NCBI RefSeq assembly: GCF_009914755.1
Contig: NC_060931.1
Length of the DNA stretch: 64,000 nt
DNA from: the human T2T-CHM13v2.0 reference genome, Homo sapiens
Strand: one strand, 5' to 3'
Shown here: one piece after another, positions 38,617 to 54,094 of the stretch
How positions within the stretch are numbered: the first letter of the stretch is position 1
Layout of the letters: every line of letters begins with the position of its first letter
Notes under the pieces: model-generated
What the model saw: only the letters and a program-made list of their open reading frames with translations
Told to the model about the DNA's origin: nothing
Databases searched by the model: none
Program-made: the position numbers and the translations under genes

Positions 38617-38914
38617 TGTAAACCGGAAAGTGACTGAGGCAGGTCTTAATTGATTAGACGTTTCTTTAGCCAAGGTTGGGAGGACGTGCTTGGGAAAAAA
38701 CACAAATCACAGGAGCACCTGTGACCTATGCTTTTTCCAAAGGGGATTTTGGGAACTGCAATATGTAAAGGGAAAGGAGCAAGCAGGAGGGGAAAAAAAG
38801 AAGGGAATTTAGGCAGTGAGGTTCTCATTAGCTTCAGTAAATCTACATTTTACATGTGAAAAGAGAGTAGAGGAAAAGTTAATTATGCGTTGTCATGCTC
38901 AGTAAATCTATATT
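38617..38914 (-). mobile_element. MER4-group ERV1 LTR, 3' part only
   Basis: TGTAAACCGGAAAGTGACTGAGGCAGGTCTTAATTGATTAGA...GCCAAGGTTG. Confidence 0.7.
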
Positions 38915-38917
38915 TAA

Positions 38918-41025
38918 CTTTTTAAAAATTTAAATAGGTTTATGGGGGACAGGTGGTGTTTGGTTACATGAATAAGTTCTTTTTTTTTTTTTTTTTTTTT
39001 TTTAAGCAGAGTCTCACTCTGTAGCCCCTGCTGGAGTGCAGTGGAGCGATGTTGGTGATCTGCCTCCCAGGTAAAGCAATTCTCGTGCCTCAGACTCCTG
39101 AATAGCTGGGACTACAGGCCTGTACCACCACACCCAGCTAGGTTTTGTATTTTTAGTAGAGATGGGGTGTTGCCATGGTGGCCAGGCTGGTCTCAAACTC
39201 CTGACCTCAAGTGATCCACCCGCCTTGGCCTCCCAAAGTGCTGGGATTACAGGCATGAATCACTGTGCCTGGCCCATGAATAAGTTCCTTAGTAGTGATT
39301 TCTGAGATTTTGGTGGACCCACCACCTGAGCAGTGCACACTGTACCTAATGTGTAGTCTTTTATCCCTCACCCCCTCATACCCTTTCTCCCGAGTCCCCA
39401 AAGTCCAGTGTATCATTCTTATGCCTTTACATCCTCATATCTTAGCTCCAGCTTAAGAGTGAGAACATAACGATGTTTGGTTTTTCACTCCTGAGTTACT
39501 TCACTTAGAATAATGGTCTCCAATTCCATCCTGGTTGCTGCAAATGCTATTATTTCATTCCTTTTTATGGCTGAGTAATATTACATAATATATATATACC
39601 ACATTTTCTTTGTCCAGTCATTGATGATTGATGGGCATTTGGGCTGGTTCTGTATTCTTGCAATTGTGAATTGTGCTGCTATAAACGTGTGTGTAAGTAT
39701 CTTTATCCTATAATGACTTCTCTTCCTCTGGGTGGATACCCAGTAGTGGGATTGCTGGATCAAATGGTAGATCTACTTTTAGTTCTTTAAGGAATATCCA
39801 CACTGTTTTCCATAGTGGTTGTACTAGTTTACGTTCCCACCAACAGTATGAAAGTGTTCCCATTTCACCACATCCATGCCAACATCTATTATTTTTTGAT
39901 TATGGCCATTCTTGCAGGAGTAAAGTGGTATTTATTGCACTGTGGTTTTGCTTTGCATTTCCCTGATAATTACTGATGTTGAGCATTTTTTCATGTTTGT
40001 TGGCCATTTGTATATCTTCTTTTGAGAATTGTCTATTCATGTCCTTAGCCCACTTTCTGATGAAATTTTTTTTTTTTCTTGCTGATTTGAGTTCTTTGTA
40101 GATTCTGGATATTAGTCTATTCTTGGAAGTATAGCTTGAGACAGTTTTCTCCCAATCTATGGATTGTCTGTTTGCTCTGCTGATTTATTTCTTTTGCTGT
40201 GCAGAAACTTTTTAGTTTAAGTAAGTCCCATCTATTTATCTTTGTTTTTGTTGCATTTGCTTTTGGGTTCTTGGTCATGAAGTCTTTGCCTAAGCCAATA
40301 TCTAGAAGAGTTTTTCTGATGTCATCTTCTAGAATTTTTATGGTTTCAGGTCTTAGATTTAAGTCTTTGATCAATCTTGAGTTGATTTTTGTATAAGGTG
40401 ATAGATGAAGATCCAGTTTCATTCTTCTACATGTGGCTTGCCAATTATCCCAGCACCGTTTGTTGAAGAGGGTGTCATTTCCCCACTTTATATTTTTGTT
40501 TGCTTTGTTGAAAATCAGTTGGCTGTAAGTATTTGGCTTTATTTCTGGGTTTTCTATTTTGTTCCATTGGTCTATATGCCTATTTTTATACCAGTATCAT
40601 GCCGTTTTGACGATTATGGCCTTATAGTATAGTTTGAAGTCGGGTAATGTGGTGCCTCCAGATTTGTTCTTCTTGCTTAGTCTTGCTTTGGCTATGTGGG
40701 TTCCTTTTTCATTCCATATGCATTTTAGGATTGTTTTTTCTAGGTCTTTGAATAATGATGATGACATTTTGATGGGAATTGCATTTAATTTGTAAATTGC
40801 TTTTGACAGTATGGTCGTTTGCACAATATTGCTTCTACGCATCCATGATCATGGGATGTGTTTCCATTTGTTTGTGTTGTCTGTGATTCCTTTCAGCAGT
40901 GTTTTGTAGTTTTCTTTCTAGAGCTGTTTCACCTCCTTAGTTAGGTGTATTCCTAACTATTTTATTCTTTTGCAGCAATTGTAAAAGGAGTTGAGTTCTT
41001 GATTTGATTTTCAGCTTGGTCACTG
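38918..41025 (-). mobile_element. L1PB1 3' portion
   Basis: 3' UTR GGGACAGGTGGTGTTTGGTTACATGAATAAGTTC; ORF2 peptide [16 protein letters not shown]. Confidence 0.88.
38980..39274 (-). mobile_element. AluS inserted in L1PB1
   Basis: TSD CATGAATAAGTTC at 38967 and 39275. Confidence 0.92.
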
Positions 41026-41770
41026 AGTTGGATCAGGCTGATTTTATTGATTTGGGCCCACCAAGTAGGGACTTTGCATTTAATGTTGCAGTTCAGAGAG
41101 TTAAAAAAGGTTCTAATAATTTATTTGCTTGGTTAGCTGAAATATAGATTAAAAGAAGGCTCTCTATGAGGGAGCTGGAAATGCCTGATCTCTCTTGGTT
41201 TAATGTAGAGGAAAGGATCCAAAGGCTTAGGGAGATTGGGATGGTGGAGTGGGTTATTCACTTTATACCTACTCATCCCAGCCGAGAGGGTCCAGAATAT
41301 ATATCCCTGGCCAATGGCTTGCAAAATAGATTCATGAGGGTAGCATCTGCATCTTTGAAGAGCCCTGTAATTGCTCTTCTCTGTATGTCAGATCTAACAG
41401 TGGGAACTGCAGTCACTCAACTACAAAATTTACATACAATGGGAATCATTAGATCCTGAGGTGGCAGGGGCCAAGTGGCAGCACTCAACTGTCAAAGGCA
41501 AGGTGGGCGTAGCTACCATAATGGACAGCAGAGGTAAAGCAGCAATCAGAATAGTCTGACTCATGTAGAGCTCTGGCATTGGGTAATTAATCATGGTGTT
41601 CCTAGAAGTGAAATTGATAGGAAGCCTACTGCATTTCTACTTAAATTATACAAACAGAAAACTTCCAGGTCGAATGGACAAAAGACTAATTTGAGTTATA
41701 AAAACAGAGGATCATGGCCCCTCAATCAACTTCCAGACTTGAGCCAGTTTACAGACCAAGAACCCCTTGA
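41026..41770 (+). pseudogene. gag: HERV-L gag remnant
   Basis: MRELEMPDLSWFNVEERIQRLREIGMVEW; in-frame stops. Confidence 0.8.
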
Positions 41771-41869
41771 ATAAAGGGGAGGGTGGGTCCCCTTGAGGAA
41801 GGACCCCACTACATTACTGACAATTTATACAGTGAATCTTTCTCCCATACTTCCTCAAGGGGACCTCCA

Positions 41870-45130
<3,261 letters not shown>

Positions 45131-45149
45131 ACACTGCCACCAGGAGACA

Positions 45150-45420
45150 CAACCATGATTCATTAAACTGGAGATTAAGATTGCCACCTGGACACTTTGG
45201 GCTCCTTCTACCTTTAAGTCAACAGGCTAAGGAGGGATTTACAATGTTGGCTGGGGTGATTGACCCAGGCTATGAAGACAAAATCAGTCTAGTACTCCAC
45301 AATGGTGGTAAGGAAGAGTACACATGAAATACGGGAGATCCATTAGGGCATCTCTTAGTATTACCATGCCCTATGATTAAGGTTAATGGAAAACTACAAC
45401 AGCTCAATCCAGGCAGGACT
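45150..45420 (+). pseudogene. HERV-L dUTPase remnant
   Basis: NWRLRLPPGHFGLL...LAGVIDPGYEDKISLVLHNGG; dUTPase after integrase is diagnostic of ERV-L. Confidence 0.85.
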
Positions 45421-45915
45421 ATGAATGGTTCAGACCCTTCAGGAATGAAGTTTTGGGTCACTCCACCAAGCAAAAAAAAAAAAAAAAAACCATGACCTGC
45501 TGAGGTGCTTGCTGGAGGCAAAGGGAATACAGAATGGGTAATAGAAGAAGGTAGTCATCAATACCAGATATGACCAGGTGACCAGCTGCAGAAACGAGGA
45601 CTATAACTGTCATGAGTATTTCCTCCCTCTTTTGTTAAAAACATTTGTGCATGTATACACTTGTACTAAGAAAATATCTTCATTTTATTTCCTTTTCCTT
45701 TATCATGTGACATAAGATTTATGGACTTCATATCAGCATTTAAGTATTGTTAACTTTTTAAAATAGTATTTGGGTTGGGGATTGATGCATTTCCAGTTTT
45801 ATGAAGGATAGTTGTATTATGTTAGGTGTAATTACGACCTCATTATTGTCTTTATTTGAAGATTATGTATGATCTCAGGAGATGCGTATGGGTTCAAGCT
45901 GACAAGGGGTGGACT

Positions 45916-46273
45916 TGTGATGGTTAATAACTGAGTGTCAACTTGATTGGATTGAAGGATACAAAGTATTAATCCTGGGCATGTCTGTGAGGGTGTTGCC
46001 AAAAGAGGTTAACATTTGAGTCAGTGGGCTGAAGAAGGCAGATCTGCCCTTAATCTGGTGGGCACAATCTAATCAGCTTCAAGCAAATGTAAAGTAGGTA
46101 GAAAATTGTGAAAAAGGCAAGATGTGCTTAGCCTCCCGGCCTACATCTTCCATGCTGGATGCTTCTTGCCCTTGAACATCAGACTTCAAATTCTCCAGTT
46201 TTGGGACTCAGACTGGCTCTCCTTGCTGCTCAGCTTGATATATATATAGAGAGAGAGCCAATGATTTGCTCGC

Positions 46274-46318
<45 letters not shown>

Positions 46319-46490
46319 TGTTATATATATATATAAAATATGTTATATATATATATAAAATATGTTATATATATCATAGATATATATTATATATTATATA
46401 TAATAGTTATATATAATATATATCATAGATATATATAATATATATATCTCCTATTAGTTTTGTCCCTCTAAGAGAATCCTGACTAATACA
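45916..46490 (+). mobile_element. MLT2A1/A2 3' LTR with internal rearrangement and (TA)n expansion
   Basis: TGTGATGGTTAATAACTGAGTGTCAACTTGATTGGATTGAAGGAT...CCTGACTAATACA. Confidence 0.92.
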
Positions 46491-49400
46491 ATGTTACTAG
46501 AACAACGGGGGTTATAAAGTAATGAATCGGTTTCTTTGCTCTGTTTACTCATTCAATATTTCAGATGCATTTATTTAGTGATGACTGCTGGGCCCATACT
46601 GCTAGGATTTGTGAGAAAGACAAAATATTTGATATCTCTCTCTCTGTTACAGTCAAGTTGAGGAACACAAGACAGAAATCCATGGAATAACTTCAGAAAG
46701 ATTCCAAGTCAAATACCTGATAGTCAAGAATGGGAAGAATTCTTAAGTGTGGTAGGAATTCAAAGTAAGAGAAAGGTGAAGAGGAGCATAGGTTATCTGG
46801 GCCTGGCAAGACTTCTTCAGGGAGACTTCCAGGGAATAAAGAACTCTAAGCAGCGAAGCTGTGTCAGGCATTGTACTCACTGTTAAACACATATTAGGAA
46901 CTGGATTAGAAAAGATAATAAATGTGTAGGCTTGTCCAAAGGTCTCGTATGACCTTTAGTTAGTTCACTGATGTTTCCATTTGCTGTACTGTACTCTAGA
47001 GACTTTAACTGATTCCATGATGCTTCCCTAGGTGGCAAATGTATGACCTTATGAGTGTTTAGGTATCTTGAGATACTGCCTCACTGAATTCTTCTTGATT
47101 ATGTAATTAATCTCCTTATACTTGTCAGTAACTTTTTTGGGTGGAGATAAAAGAAAGGCAAAAAATGTTTATTGTATCAGGGCTTGTGCTAGAATTTCCA
47201 GAATGTGTAGAAAATAATACTGTAATCTAACCAAGAAACCACAACGGTCCTCTTGACACACCCAATATTCATGATTCTCACTGAAAAGAGATTGTTTTTT
47301 CTAGTCCTAGCTATCAAGGAGAGAAATTATATGGCCTAGTCATTTAACTATTGCATAAAGGACCAACTCACAGAACGTAATAAAACAATGTAATAAATCA
47401 AGGAGAGTTTTAGGGCTGTGTTTTGCATTGAAAAATGAATATGAATAAGTTTAAGCAAGGTTCTTCTCCACTAGACTTTTAAAAAACGAATAATAGAACT
47501 TCCTTGTAGTTTGTCATGAATACAAGTTACATACAAATGTCAGAAGAGGAGAAAAGCAAGTATGTAATTCAAGTTTTAGTATTACTTTTTAAAGTATATG
47601 ACTTGTCAGGATAGGACAGACCAAAATATTGAGTTACCAGTTCCATAAAATGAGAATACTATAGTTTTCTGATGTGCAAAATACCAGTAGATACTTAAAG
47701 AAAGAGGAAAAAGATAATGATACCGCTAGGTCTTTAAAAGTAAAATGGACTCATTTCCTAAGATTAGGAGGAGTCACATAAGAAGGCAAAGTTCATTGCG
47801 TGCTGTAAGCTTTCCATATTTCAACCCTAAGATATTTTATTCTTAGCCCATATGCAAAAATGCGCTGTCATTTATGATCTTCAACAGTATAGGAATGGAA
47901 TGGAAACAATGTAATTGGGATCTCTCTGTTACTTGTAAATTACTGGTATGCCAGCCAATGATTTGCTCTCAGCTGGGAATAAAATTCTTGGAACTGAAAT
48001 CCGTACATCACTCCTCCTCTATTTCCACTTTCAGGGTTGTGTCATTCTCAATTCTTCCTATCTTTGTCAGAGAACACTCTAAACCCTGAAGCATCTGATA
48101 GTTTAGTGAGGCTTATTAAAATGTCTAGACCCACCTAAAAAAGCCAAAGTATTGCATAAGTTGGCAGTTTATATGCTTTCTTCTACCCTTCTCAGTTTTT
48201 CATGCATATAAATATACCCTTCCAGATTGCAAGTCTTCTGGGGGCAGAGACTATATTTCTTTTTACTTACTTCCCTCCTTCTTGCCATCAGTGTGGCACT
48301 TGCTCTTTTATCCTTCTCCACAATGTCCTCCCTAATTCAGAAGATACAGATTATTCTTAATATTCACTGCAAAACTCTTGAGGAATTAAATTGACAATTT
48401 CTCTAACTATAGAAAGGAAAAATCTGTACCAACAAATTTGCTGGTACATCTGCACTCTTTGGTTCATTCGTTGTGCATTTGCATTTTGTGAACTTTTTTT
48501 CCTCACGGAGGAAGACAAACTACAAATGAAAGGGTAAAGCTGAGGAATATTAGGGCTCATAGCTGTAGGCTACCCCTAAACCTTTGTGGGAAGGATTTTG
48601 CAGGCAAGTCAGGTAGAATCCTGAGGGAGCAATTTCAGGGCAGAGAAAGGCAAAATGAATCCCATTCAGGTGAACAGAGAAATGTTTATTCATTAACATG
48701 TAAGTTAGGGGGAAGAGGAAGTAGAAGAGGCTAGAGACCTCTGAAGAAAGGAAATAGTTATAGATTCCTAGAAAGATATATTGTAGGAGAATCTGAAGTT
48801 GAAAGTACAAGCCGAGGGCATTGTATTGCTTCCTCTTGAGGAAAAGAGGCCTAAGGTTCAATTCATTTGTTTTGGACTAATAACAAAAAGGCTCCCAGAG
48901 CAACCCTGTGATTTTAAATATAAAGAAAACAAGTCCATGGAAGGAAAATCGAGCTACAGTATGTGACCACTGGTGTCCTAAGTAACATTAAATTACAAAT
49001 CAATGAGTGACTTGAAAGGAGATTAAAATTTGTGTTTGTTGGTCTATTTTTAAGCCTTTCTTTTATAAGGCTAGGAAATAAGGTTATACAAAGTTTAGCT
49101 CGCTTTTTGTAAGATAATCTAAAAGCACCTTTTCCACCTTCTGTTCTCAGAATTGGCAGTGAAAAATTGTTCTGATCACAGTTTCTTGAAGTATAATTAC
49201 TTTGTCAAAAGAAAATATAATTAGAACTATTTTAAAAAGTGCTTTAATTGTATTTAAAGATTTGATAATTTGTTCATGTATAAAACGTTCTGTTAATTTA
49301 GCAACAAGCAGCAGTAGTGAAGTCAGGAAATGATCTGACAGTTTTTCTCTTTCCTGTTTTAAAAATACCATCTATTCTACCCTTTTGTCTATTCAAAGCG

Positions 49401-50104
49401 ACATAGTCAATTTCAGCAGTGGATTGAATTAAATGCTTGACACAGCTTTATGAGCATCAGGTCCATTTATTTCCTCTGTCCCACTGCATTTTTTTCACAC
49501 ATCTCATACCATAACTGAGGCAGAATAACAACAATATGTCCAATACACCCCTTCAGATCTCTTCATTCATAAACTCAATTAGCATAAATCTGTTTCTTCT
49601 TTCTCATCCTTGCCCTGAAAACTCTGGAAATTCCCTCCTTTCTTCTACTATTCTTATTTATCACTTAAAAAATCTCTTCTATTTGGCAGCAGTTTGATAG
49701 TTTGAATTCCCCCATGAAAGGTAAGTTCGTGTCATATTGCCAACATGCAGATTTGGATCAATAAATCAAAGCTTTTTGGAATAAAATATTTCTTAGAAGT
49801 GAAAGGGGCTCCTTATTCACAATCCATAAAACTACATAAAATACTGGGTTTCAAAAAAACTCAGAGACACCAAGTTTTAGAATTGGGTAGAAAACAAATG
49901 TAAAGAGTTAATTATTCTTGGTTCATATCATCTAAGATTAGAATTGTTAGCACCAAAAGAAATAGACGACTTTCTCCTCTTTTTCTATTGAGTGTGCTCT
50001 TCCTAGTCCCCACCTTTGTCCTCTCTGGGACTTGGGCAATAGATGAGGGCTGGATCTAAGAACGTGTGCTCTTTGGGAGGGACTTACAGGACTGGTAAGA
50101 AGTG

Positions 50105-50243
50105 GAGGCACTGAAGTAAGATGCCTGGACCTTGAATCTCAGTTCACTTACAGTTTATTTAGCCTCACCAAACTTCACTTTCTCTAACATATAACGTAAG
50201 AGTAATGATAGTACCTATCTTTTTTGGTTGTTGTGAAGCATTT
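50105..50243 (+). mobile_element. MIR fragment interrupted by THE1
   Basis: GTAATGATAGTACCTATCT...GGTTGTTGTGAAG. Confidence 0.55.
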
Positions 50244-50585
50244 TGTAGTAGTCCGTTCTCACACCGCTAATAAAGACATACCTGAAACTGGGTAATTTAT
50301 AAAGGAAAAAGGTTTAATTGACTCACAGTTCAGCATGGCTGGAGAGGTCTTAGGAAACTTGCAATCATGGTGAAAGGGGAAGCAAACATGTCCTTCTTCA
50401 TTTAGTGGCAGGAAAAAAAGTGTCAAGCAAAAAAGGAAAAAGCCCCTTATAAAACCATCAGATCTAATGAGAACTCGTTGTCACAAGAACAGCGTGAGGC
50501 CCTGCTGGGTCCCCACTACACATGAGAATTATGGGAACTACAATTCAAGATGAGATTTAGGCAGGGACACAGCCAAATCATATCA
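50244..50585 (-). mobile_element. THE1C/D solo LTR (MaLR)
   Basis: TGTAGTAGTCCGTTCTCACACCGCTAATAAAGACATACC...GACACAGCCAAATCATATCA; 5-bp TSD CATTT. Confidence 0.92.
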
Positions 50586-52319
50586 CATTTAGAGTTTCTA
50601 GTTATTACTGTTACCATGAGCGATTAAATACTGCCTAGCCAAATGTTTCAAACATATGAGGAACTAAGATGGATCCTCTGGGACTGGAATATTTTCTCCT
50701 AGAATTCAACTTCTGATTAATTGATAGTGACGCTTAGTTAAAATCACATAAATTTCTAGTTAATTTTATTCTCCTCTCTCCCTTCAACCACTTTCTAATT
50801 GAAATAAATTCTGCAATGGTCATTTTCTAATTTCACACTTGAAGTGAAAATATGTATATGAATTATTTGGATAAAATACAATTTTCTTATTACTGAATTT
50901 TGTTGTGTGATCTGAATTACTAGTTGAGGTCAGAGTATCTGGAAGACCACAAAAATATATGTGAAGAATATAAATTTCAATCTCTCATTCTAAGTCTTTT
51001 TATCACCATGGTCTGATATTGATTTGCAGAAGTGGAATGGATGGAAAAAAGAATGACAGTCCATTTAGATAATTAAAATAATTGAGCAGAAGAAAGAAAT
51101 TCAATGTTGGCTTCAGTTGCAATGCAGTAATGAATTCTCATTGTTTAGCATGAAATTGACAAAGAATAGGATGTTCTTCCTATAGTGTTTTATTTCATCT
51201 TAAACATTGGCATTTAAGTCATTTATTGACCATACTTCTCATATTCTTCAGGTTTAAAAAATTTAAATTGCAAAATAGATTCAGTTTTGTACCAAATTAT
51301 AATGACACCAAGTACATTTATGAATAACTAAAAGTATTTGTTTTATCTTATTGAATAATGGTAGATCTTTGAAAGTCTGTTTGAATTATTTTCATCTGAT
51401 TTCTAAATATGAATATTCTAACCAGGTAACATTGTAGAAACTGCACTTTAGTTTCTTAAGGGGACATGATACCCTCACCTGGCATTGAAAGCAGACTCCT
51501 TAGAAATAAATGAAAATGCTTTCCTATGTAACTATGTAAGCTTCCAAATGATGCAGACCAGTGAATTGATTATGGGGATGACCTTGAATAGGAAAAACTA
51601 AAAATGAATGCTTAGATATAATCCTTTTTGGAATAAAGAATATTCATAGAAGTAGGTTTGACTCAACACCTTCAGCTTTGGCTAAAGTGACAGTGTTTGG
51701 CCAAAGTGACAGAAAGTATGCAAACTGGAATTATAAATGGTTTTTAAAAAGCCACAAAAGCATAGGATAACTTCATGTTTGACCATTCTGACTGTTGACA
51801 GAGCTCTCATGATTGACTGGGATTGTCAGTTTTATGGGACTAGCTAAATACTCATTGTTGACTGAAGGGAAGCAGTACATTGGTAAACATTCCAGGACCA
51901 AAAAGTTAATAATTTTGACTTGGTTTGAATTCCCAGAGGGAACATGGAACTGTTTTTCTTTATTTGAATCTGCAGCCTTAAGCTGAAGAAATGGAGCCTG
52001 CTGCAGTATATGTGTTATTAAATGCTATATCTTGCCTCAGACCACAATGTGACTATCATTTAAAGCTAACTATATGCTACATCTCATTGGGAAAATAACT
52101 TGTATAAGTCCTTAAGCAATCTCTAAAGGCAGTGGTTGTGTATAGACCATATGTCTTGCTAGTTGGGTTGAACAGAAGCAATATTTGCTATAATATCTTT
52201 TTTTTCTTTTTCTTTTTTGGTCAAAACCTAAGGGCAGACAATTTTTAAAAATGTTTTTCTTCTCTGACAGCAACTGCTCAATGAACTGAAAAATCATTTT
52301 CATAGTAGTTCAGAATTAT

Positions 52320-52450
52320 AGTATTTATTTCAAATTTAGCAAACATTTATTGGGGTCCTACACTATACCAAGCACATTGTTAAATACTTGGGGCTATAAA
52401 AGTGAATATGGCTCAGTCCAGTCTTAAAGGAGTTAAGAATATATGGGTGA
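52320..52450 (-). mobile_element. L2 3' fragment
   Basis: AGCAAACATTTATTGGGGTCCTACACTATACCAAGCAC. Confidence 0.6.
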
Positions 52451-53353
52451 TATGGACTTCTAAAAACAAAACAAAAACAAACATGCTAAGCATAAGGTGG
52501 TTTGCTAGACTAAAGTAAACATTAAAGATGGAGGCTTGACTTAGTTGAGATAGATTTTTCTGCAGGCAGAGAAAGAGGAAAGGGGATTCCTATTCTTGAG
52601 GTATACAACGTGCCAAGGTATAGAGGTGTGACAGTTCATACCGCCAATAGGAAACAACGTGTAGTCCAACATGTAGCAAATTATAACGTAGCCTGTTCAC
52701 CACTTTTGATACAATCCAAGGGCTTGGTCATCTTCACTGACTGCTTCCTACCTTTTCTTTTATGAGTCCTATAGTGTGTCGCCTGTATAACCCCCTATAT
52801 ATTTAGAGGATGTAGAACTATAATCACTGAATGCTGGATTAGAAATTGATCTATGGTGTCACTCAGTTTTTTTGCTGGGATGCACCATTTGAGTTTATAA
52901 ATGTTACAGCATTCATTAAAAACCTTGGAATTGAAGCTGCTGTTAATTTTTTCTAGTCAAAAAACTTCACTGGAGGATTGATTATGAAGTTGGGCTAAAG
53001 ATTAAATCAGAGCCTTACTTTGGAGCACTGACTGAAAAGTAGTGTAAGATTTCTGGCAGATAGCTTCAGCATGGAGGTTGAGCTTTTTTTTATCTGTGTA
53101 CCTTCCAAATATTGTGGTTCTTAGATCACAAACATAACCCATATTGTACCTATCAGAGAGCACGTGTTCAACAAATATTTGAGAAAAGTATGAAGGGATA
53201 TAGGAGAACACAGCATCTCCACTGGATCAGATAAAGCCACAAATCTCTGCTGAGACTGTTTACATTTTACAATGGAGATAAATGTCATGATCCTGAGTCC
53301 CTGTTCCGGAATAATAAAATATCCTCCCAGGCAGAATTTGAAATCCAACACTA

Positions 53354-53420
53354 AATTCTGGTCTAGGGTGTGGAGTAGAGAGAGCTAACAATTCTGGTCT
53401 AGGGTGTGGAGTAGAGAGAG
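53354..53420 (+). repeat. 36-bp-period tandem duplication
   Basis: AATTCTGGTCTAGGGTGTGGAGTAGAGAGAG identical at 53354 and 53390. Confidence 0.95.
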
Positions 53421-54094
53421 AGTAGAGAAAAGTTTTTAAGGAGTTGTTAGAAGTAGCTTGTGGTATAGTCCAATAATTGTTGATTATGAAAGTCACCAGC
53501 TTTTAGTTCCTGCTTGTGATTTTAATTAGTTTTAATGAATGTAAATCATGTGGTCCTCTACTTACCTGCTCAAGTTCATTACTCACTAGGTTATCTGCAG
53601 CTGGTTGTTTCAGGATTAACTGTCATGCTTAGAAAGAAGAGCTCTTGTTATTCCCAAAGCCTTAAGCAAGGGTGATTTGGGGAATGAAAGTTAGTCCACT
53701 CAGAGCCATGTGGCTTCAGTGCTTTGCTTGTATGTGGGGACCCCATAGGTGATGTGAGAGAAGACACATAGATGCTAAGTAGGCATAGACCCTGGATTTC
53801 ATATGCAAAATAAACCCCAGAAATGCTTTACTAATATTTGATTTATTAGTATGTCAATGAGTACTTATTGGTTATAATTATTATTAAATTGGACTTTATT
53901 TTAAAAATTTAGGGGAGAGATGTAGGGTTTGAATTCAGTGTAACATATTGTGAGATTAGGTCCTGTTGTACTTTTGAATCACCTGGAGAGCTTTGAAAAA
54001 TCCTAAATCCAGACCTCAACCTGGATCAGATTATAACTTCTAGGATTTCTGGTTTAGCAAGTCTGGTCTAGCAAGGCTGGGTCTCACTCATAAT

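Noticed and set aside
49626-49635. Isolated NF-kB site GGAAATTCCC
   Set aside because: A single match is expected by chance in 64 kb and has no supporting context.
53567-53627. - strand mini-exon ending at CAG|GTAAGT
   Set aside because: About 61 nt, weak AAG acceptor, no recognisable peptide and no partner exons.
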